Positions 24,455 through 37,246 are shown, counted from the first letter of the stretch. The stretch: DNA of 52,939 nt from Octopus bimaculoides (GCF_001194135.2 NC_068992.1:29360166-29413104), one strand, 5' to 3'. Numbers and translations: made by a program. The notes: a model not told the origin generated them from the letters alone.

Positions 24455-25330
24455 AGGTCCAATCTGAATGGAGTAGTGCATACAACCAACTGGTTGGTAA
24501 TAAAAAAAAATCCTAGACCATAAAATAGAACACCACGAGTATGTAACCTGTGTCTAGAGGAAACTCTGGAGTTCATCACATCTAGAGAACACATAATTAA
24601 TCGACATTGCGAAGTAATTGCATCGTGCAAACATAAAATCAAAACATCATTCTTAGAATTCGAACAAAACATTATGAAAAAGAAACACTTATCATCATTA
24701 GCATCTAACAGAAGAAGAGAAGTACAATGCCAACTCTCCCACTAATGACGAGGACTACAATAACAACAGCACTTTCACCATCACCGGCAGTGGCGATACC
24801 ATTACCGAGGCCAGCACCTCCAGCGACGCCAACACCAGCAGTTCCTGGTGTTGTGGAAGCAACACCAGGAACTGCTGATACAGCAGATACAGACACAGCG
24901 CCGACAATACATACCCACGGAGATGCAGTGGATGTTCCAGAAACACATTCAAGGAACGTCTCATCAACCCCAAGTCCTCCTTCACAGTTCCGGAAAGGAG
25001 ATACGTAACATCACTGGCCAGCCATGTCTGGCAACTGAGAGACGATGAGATTCTATATGCGATCTCATTGAAATTTCTCGAGAACCCAGGCCCCTACATC
25101 AAACGTTACAAATTATGCGTAATAGGACGGGCGAGAATCCTGAAAAACTCCCTCGAACCAGGGAACATCCTTATCTCGAGAACGGAGAATTTCGGTTAAT
25201 GTTTACATATTAGGAGGTTCTTGCTAGCCTTTTGGAGTCTACAATATGGCGGTACAACCGGAAGAGGATAGCCGATAGCCCCATTGTTACCTTTGAGGGG
25301 TGAGGTATTTCCCCCTACATATTTTTAAGA
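24455..25330 (+). mobile_element. Penelope-like element 2: GIY-YIG C-terminus plus GC-rich downstream region (3' boundary uncertain)
   Basis: PRP*NRTPRVCNLCLEETLEFITSREHIINRHCEVIASCKHKIKTSF matches the PY....CxLCxxEK...N.R.E....C.H..K tail of Penelope GIY-YIG domains. Confidence 0.7.
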
Positions 25331-25470
25331 GTTATCAGGCCATAAAACTAAACCCTTTGTGGATGAGAAACCTAAGGTAATCTCATAAACTGGCCTTCTC
25401 CATTTTACTATATACTGCTCTATACCATAAAGTGTGCTTTCTCTTTCGGATTTATGTTTTACAGACGTTA

Positions 25471-25547
<77 letters not shown>

Positions 25548-26645
25548 GTCTATCTATACTCACACACACACACATATATATATATCATTTCATATCATAT
25601 ATTTATTATGATCTTCATGGAACATCTACATTTATATTACTATCTATCCAGGTAAAACAATGNNNNNNNNNNNNNNNNNNNNNNNNNNNNNNNNNNNNNN
25701 NNNNNNNNNNNNNNNNNNNNNNNNNNNNNNNNNNNNNNNNNNNNNNNNNNNNNNNNNNNNNNNNNNNNNNNNNNNNNNNNNNNNNNNNNNNNNNNNNNNN
25801 NNNNNNNNNNNNNNNNNNNNNNNNNNNNNNNNNNNNNNNNNNNNNNNNNNNNNNNNNNNNNNNNNNNNNNNNNNNNNNNNNNNNNNNNNNNNNNNNNNNN
25901 NNNNNNNNNNNNNNNNNNNNNNNNNNNNNNNNNNNNNNNNNNNNNNNNNNNNNNNNNNNNNNNNNNNNNNNNNNNNNNNNNNNNNNNNNNNNNNNNNNNN
26001 NNNNNNNNNNNNNNNNNNNNNNNNNNNNNNNNNNNNNNNNNNNNNNNNNNNNNNNNNNNNNNNNNNNNNNNNNNNNNNNNNNNNNNNNNNNNNNNNNNNN
26101 NNNNNNNNNNNNNNNNNNNNNNNNNNNNNNNNNNNNNNNNNNNNNNNNNNNNNNNNNNNNNNNNNNNNNNNNNNNNNNNNNNNNNNNNNNNNNNNNNNNN
26201 NNNNNNNNNNNNNNNNNNNNNNNNNNNNNNNNNNNNNNNNNNNNNNNNNNNNNNNNNNNNNNNNNNNNNNNNNNNNNNNNNNNNNNNNNNNNNNNNNNNN
26301 NNNNNNNNNNNNNNNNNNNNNNNNNNNNNNNNNNNTGTATATATATAAAATTTAATAAATGGAGTAATACGCATATGTTAAATGAATTCTTTTTAACATA
26401 TTCGTATTACTTCATTTATTAAATTTTATATTCACTCAGATACCCCAAATAACAGGGACTTTCTACCTCATAAACAGGAATTACACCACAGTAATTTTGT
26501 GATCTTTGCTACCTTGGTATCTATTAACTAATTTATTTTGTTGGAGTTAATTGTTATCAAAGCAACGTACGCTAAATAAATTAAAAATACATTCAGTTAC
26601 CTTGTTCATGAAATCTACGGGGAGATGTTATTTGCTGACACCTAC

Positions 26646-26730
26646 CAACACTTTTTCTCCTTAGATATCCAGAAGAAAGTGTCCAGACACTGAAATATTG
26701 CAACACCAGATAATGTCACCAAAGATCGAC
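26646..26730 (-). CDS. Candidate internal exon (RSLVTLSGVAIFQCLDTFFWISKEKKC)
   Basis: Acceptor ttttaaatatAG, donor TG/GTAGGT, 85 nt; phases fit the neighbouring candidates. It may instead be repeat-derived. Confidence 0.18.
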
Positions 26731-26950
26731 CTATATTTAAAATAGTTTATGTTGCATTGCACTGGGTTTTAAAATTGTTTGAAACATTTTTGTATATGAG
26801 ACAATGGTTCATGAAAAGACACCCAAACAGACACACAGACACGCACATGCACTCACTATATAGACACTGAGCTTTTGGCTGATGGTATAAATTTAAGCTC
26901 ATGCTCCACATTGTCATATATTTTAAGATGTCTGTGAGTATGTGTGTGTT

Positions 26951-26999
26951 TGTGTATGACCTGATGATGGCTTAGCTGGCTAAAACTTCTAAGTCACAC
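26951..26999 (+). ncRNA. Degenerate minimal type I hammerhead ribozyme
   Basis: CTGATGA-tggc/ttagctg/gcta-AAAC-ttctaa-GTC-acac. Core, stem II, 2-bp stem III and GUC triplet are present; GAAA is mutated and stem I is weak. Confidence 0.55.
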
Positions 27000-27125
27000 T
27001 CAATCGTATTCTTGTTAAACGAATAATAAACTTGTACTCTACAAACTTTATTTTGTAGTTGTTCAGCGTAATGTAAAATTATTTTTATTATAACTAAATA
27101 TACCCCCCCACAAAAAAAAAACAAA

Positions 27126-27157
<32 letters not shown>

Positions 27158-27223
27158 TGTTTATGTGTGGATATATAAATATCTATATATATAATAATTA
27201 TAATAATATTAGGGACAAAATCC

Positions 27224-27269
<46 letters not shown>

Positions 27270-28034
27270 ATGTATAAATATAAATATACATAAATACGCG
27301 CGCAAACATTTATTTATTTATAAATGTCAAAGATGGAAAGAACTATCCGCATTCTGAACTATTTCGGAAATGTCAGCAGACATAACAAATGAAGTTCTGT
27401 TATTTATTGCTTTAAGGTTTATTATTATGAATGCGCAGTTGTTTAATATTTCATCCTCGAACATATACGTAGACATACATTTACACATATATACACATAA
27501 CAGTTTCAAGCATATATGCACACAGGAGGAAAAATACACACACACATACACAATCGCACACACACACACACACACATACACATGACAAACTTATGGCTTG
27601 TTTTACTCTTTGGAATTTTTGCAATTAGTCGTTAAAGAGTTGGAGTGGTGAGTGTATAATAAAAAAAAAACTTAAACAATGAAGATGAGGACGCTGTATT
27701 GTTTGGCCTGTCATATTTCACAAAATATATTTGTAATATCTTGATGATTTAAAAATCAGTTGTTAGATTGAATTTGAATGTAAGCTATAACGTTGAGAGA
27801 CAGATTATGTACACTGAGTTCCTTCGCAATATTACACTGGAAAGAAAGTAAGGGAAAGTAAGATATAATGGAAAAATTAAGAGAGGAGCATTTAAGTATT
27901 TCTGTTTGCAAAGGTTATTGAAGCATAAACATTAGTTATATCAGACAATTAATATAATTACATATTTGAAAATATATTGTTATTGCATAGAATTAAATTT
28001 AAGGAAGTATTTTTAAGAGCGAATTTAGGCGATA

Positions 28035-28081
<47 letters not shown>

Positions 28082-29191
28082 ATGGACGTAATGTAAGCGT
28101 GAATTTTTGCGTGTATGTTTAAGATATTTTAGCGGATAAATTCACTATTCGCTTGAACAAACAGGAGTAAATCACAACTGTAAATCATGTCCTGCCAAAA
28201 GGCAAGCGACAAGTGAGTTTGCATATGGACGCGCGCACACAGACACACACGCAACATGCTCACATAGACACTAACCATAAAAATGAGAAAATCAAATTAC
28301 AAAGAGCCACATATGTCCCCTACACACTCTCACAACATAGTGCGGAGACACAGAAATTCCCACATCCCAAAATCTACAAATACAGGCAAAAGTCAAGAGA
28401 CCAAGTTTAGAGACATTGGTACAGCTATGATTTAATGAGAACACATCAATAAAGCTGAGAATAGCTACTAATTAAGTGGTTGATTGAACGATTAATGAAA
28501 TAATCGATTAGTTAATTAATTAGCAAAGGGCATGATAATAATATAAACAAGCAAACTAGAGTCAGTGCGTGTTATCACGAAATATACCCTTGCAAAATAG
28601 GACATCTATTTTAACGCAAGATTTCACATCAGGAATCTTGGAAATTATTGAATAATTGAAGTATGTGTAAGTATACATGTATATGTACACATATGCAAAC
28701 ATAAAGAAATTTCGTTAATTATAAAATACAAGTTACACCTGAACAGGCCATTAAGACAGTAATGCTGAAACGATGCGCCTTTTCCTATGAATTAATGATT
28801 GTAAAAATATATCTTATATATCTACTTGTACTCGTTCTTAAGAAAGCCAAAATTCAGTAGGAGTGATAGTCTATCCTATTGAATGAATCCACACCTCTTT
28901 ATCTTAATTACATCAGAATCTGTTAAGGAAGAAGGAATATGTTTTTTAAATGTCCAGTAGTTGTGACCTAACACTAATTGTTAACATTATTTTTCGACAT
29001 AATATTAACCAATAATTATCTACAACAATTTTATGTAAACAATTATTGTATATATTTTATTGAAGTTTCAGTCTTTATTACCCTTGATATAAACAAGGAA
29101 GAAAATACAGAAAAATATCACTTATTTATATCTCTCTTTTCTAACTCTATGTTATGTTCAACAGAGAAAAGCTTTTACATGATCTTCTCAC

Positions 29192-29325
29192 GTGACTGTA
29201 ACATGAGAATAACACATGAAGTCGAACAACCAGTGTGTATGTTGACGAATAACATTGTGTCACATTCTTTCATTAAAACAACTTTTATGATAACGGCCAG
29301 GATAAAAATAACACAGCTCCATGTA
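29192..29325 (-). CDS. Candidate exon with a hydrophobic, signal-peptide-like start (TWSCVIFILAVIIKVVLMKECDT...)
   Basis: Acceptor aatttcatAG, donor C/GTGAGA, 134 nt open; phase fits 26646-26730. Confidence 0.15.
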
Positions 29326-29464
29326 CTATGAAATTTTGAAAATCTAATGTGAAGCCAGTAAAGTGTATTTCTATAATCTAAGATCTAATTAAATATTAAT
29401 AAATTCTATTATAAACTCTGTCCATGCTCACATGCTCAACTACATTTCTGATACATACATACAT

Positions 29465-29540
<76 letters not shown>

Positions 29541-29559
29541 CTTTACATACATACATACA

Positions 29560-29960
29560 TAGGCGCAGCAGTGGCTGTCTGGCAAGTAGCTGGCTTACCA
29601 ACCACATGTTTCAGGGTTCAGTATCGCTGCATGCCAACTTGGGCGAGTGTTTTCTATAGCGTCGGGCCGATCAAAGCCTTGTGAGTGCATTTGGTAGACG
29701 GAAACTGAAAGAAGCACGTCGCATATGTGTATATATATGTGTACGTATGTGTGTGTATATGTGTGTCTGTCTTTGTCCCCCCAACGTCGCTTGATGGTGT
29801 GTTTACGTTCCCGTAACTTAGCAGTTCGGCAAAAGAGCCCGATAGAATAAGTACTAGGCTTACAAAATATAAGTCCTAGGGTCGATCATCTGCTCGTCTA
29901 AAGGCGATGCCCAGCATAGCCGCAGTTAAAGGACTAAAACAAGTAAAAGAATAAAAGAAC
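29560..29960 (+). mobile_element. SINE family A, full length
   Basis: Head ggcgcagcagtggctg..., central (TA/TG)n, 3' part ...cgatagaataagtactaggcttac...aaacaagtaaaagaataaaagaa. Confidence 0.9.
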
Positions 29961-29964
29961 ATTA

Positions 29965-29996
<32 letters not shown>

Positions 29997-30226
29997 NNNN
30001 NNNNNNNNNNNNNNNNNNNNNNNNNNNNNNNNNNNNNNNNNNNNNNNNNNNNNNNNNNNNNNNNNNNNNNNNNNNNNNNNNNNNNNNNNNNNNNNNNNNN
30101 NNNNNNNNNNNNNNNNNNNNNNNNNNNNNNNNNNNNNNNNNNNNNNNNNNNNNNNNNNNNNNNNNNNNNNNNNNNNNNNNNNNNNNNNNNNNNNNNNNNN
30201 NNNNNNNNNNNNNNNNNNNNNNNNNN

Positions 30227-30279
<53 letters not shown>

Positions 30280-30361
30280 ATATGTAAGTATATACATATA
30301 AACATATAAACATATACATATATAAATAAATGGAGTTAAACGCAGGTGTTATTCAAATCTT

Positions 30362-30448
30362 TAAACTTGCGACACATGTTTCGAAGAAGACAATGATATT
30401 ATTACAGAATGAATAGAATGATGTAAAACAATGAAATTTTCTCATCAG
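30362..30448 (-). ncRNA. Hammerhead-like motif in the inverted arm
   Basis: ccCTGATGAgaaatttcattg...cattgtcttcttcGAAACatgtgtcgcaagttta. Core boxes are intact; stems are imperfect. Confidence 0.45.
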
Positions 30449-30763
30449 GGAAAAAGAAAGAGAAACAAAACGCAGGAATAAGACTTTTTAGCCAAATGTG
30501 ATTACTGCATGTATAATGAAGGAATGTTGGTAAGTTATTTTTAATAAAAACCGTTAATAGATATGACGTCAAATGCAATTTATAGAAGGATGAGGAAAAA
30601 AGAAATTAGCAGAAAACTAAAAGTGGAAAAATATATTGCGATAGGTGAATAAGAATAAAGATTAAAGGCGTGGAAACAGATATAATTAGTGGAACTGAAA
30701 TGTAAGAAGACATTTAAAGGTCGAATTAGACTGGTAGAAATCACTTATAGGAACTAAAGGTAG

Positions 30764-31163
30764 AGGCGCAGGAGTGGCTGTGTGGTAAGTAGCTTGCTTA
30801 CCAACCACATGGTTTCGGGTTCAGTACCACTGCGGGGCACCTAGGGCAAGTGTCTTCTACTATAGCTCCGGGCCTACCAAAGCCTTGTGAGTGGATTTGG
30901 TAGACGGAAACTGAAAGAAGCCCGTCGTATATATGTATATATATGTGTGTACGTGTTTGGGAGTCTATGTTCCCCCCCCCCCCCCAATATCGCTTGACAA
31001 CCGATGCTGGTGTGTTTACATACCCGTAACTTAGCGGTTCAGCAAGACAAAACGATAGAATAAGTACTAGGCTTACAAAGAATAAGTCCTGGGGTCGATT
31101 TGGTCAACTAAAGGCGGTGCTCTAGCACGGCCGCAGTCAAATGATTGAAACAAGTAAAAGAGA
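30764..31163 (+). mobile_element. SINE family A, full length, inserted in the Penelope inverted arm
   Basis: ggcgcaggagtggctgtgtggtaagtagcttgc...gaaacaagtaaaagag. The flanks rejoin to give the uninterrupted sequence seen at about 33120-33145. Confidence 0.92.
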
Positions 31164-31402
31164 GTATGTTTTTGCCAATGTTTGCAAAGATAAATGCGTT
31201 CTTTAAATATGTTTACAAGATGTTTCTGAGAACAGGATGAGATCTAGTTCATCGTTACAAAGCAAACAAAATGATTTAACTTTATCATAAGAAAAGGAAC
31301 TTGATAGAATATTCCAATCCAAATCAAATTGTTTATTATGTTTCTTTAGAAATGAAATTAATTTACTAAGCCCAGTATTGTTACGTTTATTGATCACAAA
31401 CA

Positions 31403-33556
31403 AAGATTTTCTTTAATAACTTAATCTTACGACTTATTTGTCCTTCTAACTCTGATATCGGTGTAATCAGCAAAAATATTCTAGATAAATATATTCCTAC
31501 CTTAGTTTAAAAAATTAAAGCTTAATTCAAAGTCTAATTCGTTCCAAGTGGTCGACAGTCTTACTTCTATTAATAAGAAGAAGTGCATTAAGTTTATCCA
31601 GTTTGACATTTCTAGTTACTATTTTACTCAACAAGGCACTCTAGCCCGCACGCAACAAAACAAGTCCCACTAGAGATGAAATTAATGTCGTGTTAGCTGC
31701 TAGAAAATCTATTATTAAATTTGATAACAAGCTGTGGGTCTGTAAAGATACACCCGACGGTTTTGATGTCACGATGGGAAGTTCTGATTCAGCATAAATC
31801 CTTTATATATCCTTTATGAAATGGCTGACCAATTCTCAACCATCAACGGAGGTCTATATCGTAATGATTGTCTATTCTACCTACAAAATGCCTCTAACCA
31901 AAAAATACAATGGGTTGTTGGTTAAATTTTTCCGAAACATGGGCCTAAGCATTGTTTTCGACGATGACATAACTAAACCATCTTTTTGGATATTATCCTT
32001 AACTTTCATTCCTATTCCTATTTCCCATACCATAAACCCTCAACTAATTTAAAATATATTAGCTCTTTCAATAATCATTTTGAGAATATTACAAGGAATT
32101 TAGTTAGGAATATTTCACTTAAACTTTCTAGATTATCTGCCAATGTTGATATCTTCAGCGATAAAGCCGAATTTTATGACTCTGCCTTACTTAAAGCAGA
32201 CTATAAAGAAGAACTTATCTATATTAACCTTACTGACATTAATTCTACCTCTATTAATCTGGACATAAAATCAAGTCATAACGTTAATACCAATATAAAT
32301 TTTAGTTCGAATAACGACACTAAATCGAGAAATTTAATTCTGCAGCTTATGGGAGATAACTATTCTTTAAGACCCTTTTTTCGTTATAAAATACATCTAG
32401 GACGTTTAAAAATAATTACCCTTATAACAAGGTATGTCCTAGCAAAACTGTTTGGTTCATAATTCCATATGGCAAGCAGATCAAATCCAACCTCCCTTAC
32501 CGGTTTCGTGAAGCTATAGATAAGAATCCCCCCCTCCAAATCCAAGATAGTATTCCATTATCTATTCACACCGAGTCAGAATATGGTTTACAAACACCAA
32601 AAACCTTTCACATATCAACTCTTCGAATAACAATAAGTTGTTAAATACAAAGCCACTTAATGAAAATAATAACATTGTTATTATTAACACCAACCATTCC
32701 TTGAATAATAATAGCAACAACATTAGTATTTCTGGTATAAATTCCAATCGTATTCGTTTCCTTAGCAGTATTCCTAAGACTAGAAACTCTATTTGTCAAT
32801 GTAAGATTTATTCCAGTTCTGACGTCTTTTTTACATAGGTATTTCTACATTTCACTCATCCAAAAGAATATCTAACATTTACTCTACATTTAAACATGTG
32901 AATAAACGTAGCAATACTGGGGATAGTAAATTAATTTGGTTTCTAAAGGAACATAATAAACAATTTGATTTGGAATGGAATATTCTATCTAGATCCTTTC
33001 CTTATGATAAAGGTAAATCTTTTTGTTCGCTCTGTAATGATGAATTGCATTTCATCCTGTTCTCAGAGAATCCTCTTGTAAATGCATTTAAAGAACACGT
33101 TTATCGTTGCAAACATTGGCAAAAACATACCTTTAATTCCTATAAGGGATTTCTACCAGTCTACAAAATTCGACCTTTAAATGTCTTCTTACATTTCACT
33201 TCCACTAAATATATCTATTTCCACGCCTTTAATCTTTATTCCTATTCACCTATCGCACTAATTTCTGCTAATTTCTTTCTTCTTCCTGCTTGTCTTTCTA
33301 TAAATTGCATTTGACGTTATATCTCTTAACGGTTAAAAAAAAATAATAACTTACTATCGTTGCCTTCATGCAGTAATCAATTATGGTTAAAATGTATTAT
33401 TGATGTGTTTTGTTTCTGTTTTTTTTTCCCTGATGAGATTTCATTGTATTACATCATTTCATTCCTTCTGTAATAATATCAATGTTTTCTTCGAAACATA
33501 TATCGTAAGTATAAAGATTTGAATAACACCTGCGTTGAACTCCGTTCATTTATTTA
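31403..33556 (+). mobile_element. Penelope-like retroelement 3, 5'-truncated and degraded: RT, thumb, GIY-YIG and 3' region
   Basis: LRLICPSNSDIGVISKNILDK; KFIQFDISSYY; TPDGFDVTMGSSDSA; PYHKP...NIS.KLSRLS..; NSICQCKIY....YIG (GIY-YIG); SKLIWFLK..WNILSRSFPY....CSLC.DEL...RCKH. Confidence 0.92.
33430..33515 (+). ncRNA. Hammerhead-like motif in the Penelope 3 terminal region
   Basis: cCTGATGAgatttcattg...caatgttttcttcGAAACatatatcgtaagtata. A long stem II is anchored by cattg/caatg. Confidence 0.45.
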
Positions 33557-33784
33557 TATATGTAATACAAAAACAGTTCACCAAAACCTGGTGTTTCTCC
33601 CTTTATATGTAGGCTGTTACATCCCTCGTACTTATGTGAATTTTTGCTACTCTGGTAACTATTTATTTATTTTTTTTCCGTGTTATTTGTAAACATTGAA
33701 AAATTACACATACATTTATATATACATATATATACATATATCTATATATACATATACATATGTTGTCCATATATATATTGTTTG

Positions 33785-33819
<35 letters not shown>

Positions 33820-33894
33820 TTACATGTACACATCACCAATGCATATGTATATGCAAAGGTATATTATATTTGTGCTTTTATATATGTAAATATA

Positions 33895-34490
33895 TACAGA
33901 ATGATAAAACTCAAATCTCCACTATGCATCATGGTGTTTGGAGTGATCATTAATGACGGTGACATTATGCCTCCATTCATCTTTCCACACGGCCTCAGAC
34001 TCAACACGGAGGCCTACATCAGGTGCCTGGAAGAGATGGTGCTGCCTTGGGTCAAGAGGGTGGATGCTGGAAGAACCTATGTCTTGCAACAGGACGCTGC
34101 ACCATGCCATACAAGCAGGAAAACCAAGTCATGGCTGTCAGACATTTTCTTCGACCATATCACCCCTAAAACCTGGCCACCTAACTTCTCAGACTGCAAT
34201 ATTATGTGTGGGGCGCGGTTGAGCGAGAGACCAACAAAACTCCTTGTAACACCAAAGATGAACTGAAGGCAAGGATTCTGACAGCATTCAACAACTTAAA
34301 CAATGAGACCATCCAGAAGGGTTGCAGGAGATTCCGAAGTGGTCTGGAGGCCATAGTTGAAGCCAATTGAGATTTTATTAAATTAATGTTACAGAGATTC
34401 TATTAAATAAATATTACGGAGATTTTCGTGAGATTTCGAAGTCGTCTAGAAGCTGTGGTTGAGGCTAATGGCGATTTTATTGAACAGATT
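33895..34490 (+). mobile_element. Tc1/mariner superfamily remnant, maT/DD37D-type, C-terminal half
   Basis: IMVFGVIINDGDIMPPFIFPHGLRLNTEAYIRCLEEMVLPWV....YVLQQDAAPCHTSRKTKSWL...WPPNFSDCN. Spacing fits D37D if the missing PLDY is restored. Confidence 0.85.
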
Positions 34491-34595
34491 TACTCTTTTA
34501 TATGTAATTTTGCTAAATATACCTGTGTTATCTCCACTTTTGCGTAATTTAGACGACAATTTATTCATTGTACAGTGTGTGTGTGTGTGTGTGTG

Positions 34596-34637
<42 letters not shown>

Positions 34638-35344
34638 AACAGAAATGATTCTGACATATGTAGTATTAATTTTCTAGGTCGCTCAATTTTTCTCAAACCT
34701 GTTAATAATGAATCTATAGTGACAACTGGAAACAAGTATAAGTCGAATTATTTACTACATTATCCCATTAGCGTTTAAACTGGCCATATCAGATCCAAAT
34801 ATTCTTTCTTTTTTTATGATAAAACCAGTCAGATCTTGCCTCTCACAACTATGCTACAATGTCATTTTGAAAAATAGACAATCACATCTTTAAAATTTCA
34901 AAGCTATAAGATAATGCATGATTAATTCAAAATAATGAGACAAAATAGGCATTACATTTGATAGAATAATCTGAATGTTAAAGGGCTAAAGAAAAATATG
35001 TAATAACCATTTTATAACTCATCTCCTGTATATATATATGTATATATNNNNNNNNNNNNNNNNNNNNNNNNNNNNNNNNNNNNNNNNNNNNNNNNNNNNN
35101 NNNNNNNNNNNNNNNNNNNNNNNNNNNNNNNNNNNNNNNNNNNNNNNNNNNNNNNNNNNNNNNNNNNNNNNNNNNNNNNNNNNNNNNNNNNNNNNNNNNN
35201 NNNNNNNNNNNNNNNNNNNNNNNNNNNNNNNNNNNNNNNNNNNNNNNNNNNNNNNNNNNNNNNNNNNNNNNNNNNNNNNNNGTTGCACATTTATGTGCTT
35301 ACTCCGGTATATATATATATATATATATATATTATTATGATTGA

Positions 35345-35520
35345 CCGTTGACTGAACACTATTCAATTTTTTTTTTCTCCGTGTTTTTCTCCTTGTCTCC
35401 GTATTCTTTCTGTTGAAGAGCGTAGCTCGAAACGTCAAAGACTTTCCGTATTCCCGAGCGTCATACTAATATATACTTTTGTTATTTACACCACCTGTCC
35501 TCGTCTGTTGTTATTATTTG
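35345..35520 (+). mobile_element. Short interspersed element with a hammerhead-like core (probable Penelope derivative)
   Basis: tTGAAGA-GC gta GC-TC-GAAAC at 35413-35433 (stem GAGC/GCTC). A homologue lies on the minus strand at 38912-39050. Confidence 0.5.
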
Positions 35521-35529
35521 TATATTCTC

Positions 35530-35570
<41 letters not shown>

Positions 35571-36129
35571 AACACACACACACACACTTGTGTAGGCATA
35601 TATTTCTGAATAATTTTTCATTCTCATATATCTAATTGATTTCTTTGTTTAGAGAGATTCATGTAATCTGTAGATTTTTGAGACTTCATCGTCGGGGATC
35701 GTTAAAACCCGATCATTTATGTTCTCCTTTTTTTAAGTCCCTTGTTTCATCTTACTCTAGAAGCATTTCATGCAATGCAATATTCATGAATTATTTCGGA
35801 TACTATTCTCTCATTTGTTTCAATCTCTTGACTGCAACACTGATGGGGCACCTACTTGAAATGTTCATTAAATCATATCGACCTCAGTATTTAACTTTAA
35901 GTCTCCCACTTATCATTATCTGTTTGTTGACCAAGTAAGTCACAGGTCATAAACAAATGAAAACATACACTCTCTTGCACAGCAACCCACGACACAGATA
36001 CAATGGTAACCTCCATCACTTTCCATCTATCAAATCTCATTCATTAATATATCACTCAGTGGAATGTAAAAATATGTTCGTGAAATGATAATTGGTGCAT
36101 GTGTAGTCGCGATCGGATGTAGACATCAA

Positions 36130-36335
36130 ATTCTCAGCACACCAATTTTGACACAGCAGATAATTGATGAGACAGGCATAGGAGGATAGGGCTGCACCCG
36201 CATTGGGCCAGTAGTTTGTTGATCCCAAAAGGATGAATAACAATGTGAACCTCGGTGCAATTTGAAATGAGCACAGAATGCGGAAAGAATAGCATAAGTT
36301 ATTCACGCTATCCGACGCTCTAACAACTCTATCAA
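36130..36335 (-). mobile_element. Degraded SINE family B
   Basis: ttgttgatcccaaaaggatgaataacaatgtgaacctcggtgcaatttgaa resembles 3480-3535. Confidence 0.55.
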
Positions 36336-36411
36336 TGTACATGCATGCATACGCACACACACATACACATACATACACTCGCACACGTACACACAAACTC
36401 ATATACACACT

Positions 36412-36710
36412 TAGGCGTGGCCGTGTGTTTCGAAGCTTGCTTCCCAATCACATGGTGCCGGTTTCAGTCCTACTGCATTGCGCCTTCGGCAAGTGTCTTC
36501 TAGTATAGCCTTGGGCCAACCAAAAACTTGTGAGTAGATTTGGTAGACGGAAAGTGGCTGTGTGGTAAGTAGCTTGCTTCCCAACCACATCGTTCCGGGT
36601 TCAGTCCCACTGCGTGGCATCTTGGGCAAGTGTCTTCTACTATAGCCTCGGGCCGACCAAAGCCTTGTGAGTGGATTTGGTAGACGGAAACTGAAAGAAG
36701 CGCGTCGTAT
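36412..36710 (+). mobile_element. Two tandem SINE family A heads (36412-36552 diverged; 36553-36710 near-consensus); a 3' tail is at 37103-37178
   Basis: Both heads end in gatttggtagacggaaa. The second starts immediately with gtggctgtgtggtaagtagc. Confidence 0.85.
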
Positions 36711-37198
36711 ATATATGTATATATATATATATGTATGTATGTACACATTAGAAACATATACACACAAAATACCCCAGCCTAGAAATACACACGCGCACGC
36801 GTGCACGGATGCATACACACTTATTCAGTCTTTGCGAATGATTCCTTCAGATTCCTTGGATCAATGGGTTCTTTCAGGAAACAAAATTCGTTTACTTGTT
36901 TGAAAAAGATGGAGTGAATAATTAGCCAAGAATAAATNNNNNNNNNNNNNNNNNNNNNNNNNNNNNNNNNNNNNNNNNNNNNNNNNNNNNNNNNNNNNNN
37001 NNNNNNNNNNNNNNNNNNNNNNNNNNNNNNNNNNNNNNNNNNNNNNNNNNNNNNNNNNNNNNNNNNNNNNNNNNNNNNNNNNNNNNNNNNNNNNNNNNNN
37101 NNATGCTCGACTAAAGGCGGTGCTCCAGCTTGGCCGCAGTCAAATGACTGAAACATGTAAATTAAATGAATAAAAGAACACCCCCCCCACACACACAT

Positions 37199-37246
<48 letters not shown>

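Larger units (their letters stand above)
30315..31402 (-). mobile_element. Inverted copy of the 3' end of Penelope-like element 3 (GIY-YIG C-terminus and 3' region), interrupted by a SINE
   Basis: With 30764-31163 removed, the reverse complement aligns to about 32895-33556. ORF 31203-31403 (NKRNNTGLSKLISFLKKHNKQFDLDWNILS..CLLCNDEL) is a paralogue of ORF 32898-33314. Confidence 0.9.

Noticed and set aside
25030-25080. atgagat/atctcat hairpin followed by GAAA downstream of Penelope 2
   Set aside because: No properly placed CUGANGA core or stem III, so it cannot be called a hammerhead.
28978-29331. 117-aa plus-strand ORF
   Set aside because: Low-information AT-rich frame with a non-ATG start in the sequence; it is also antisense to a candidate exon.
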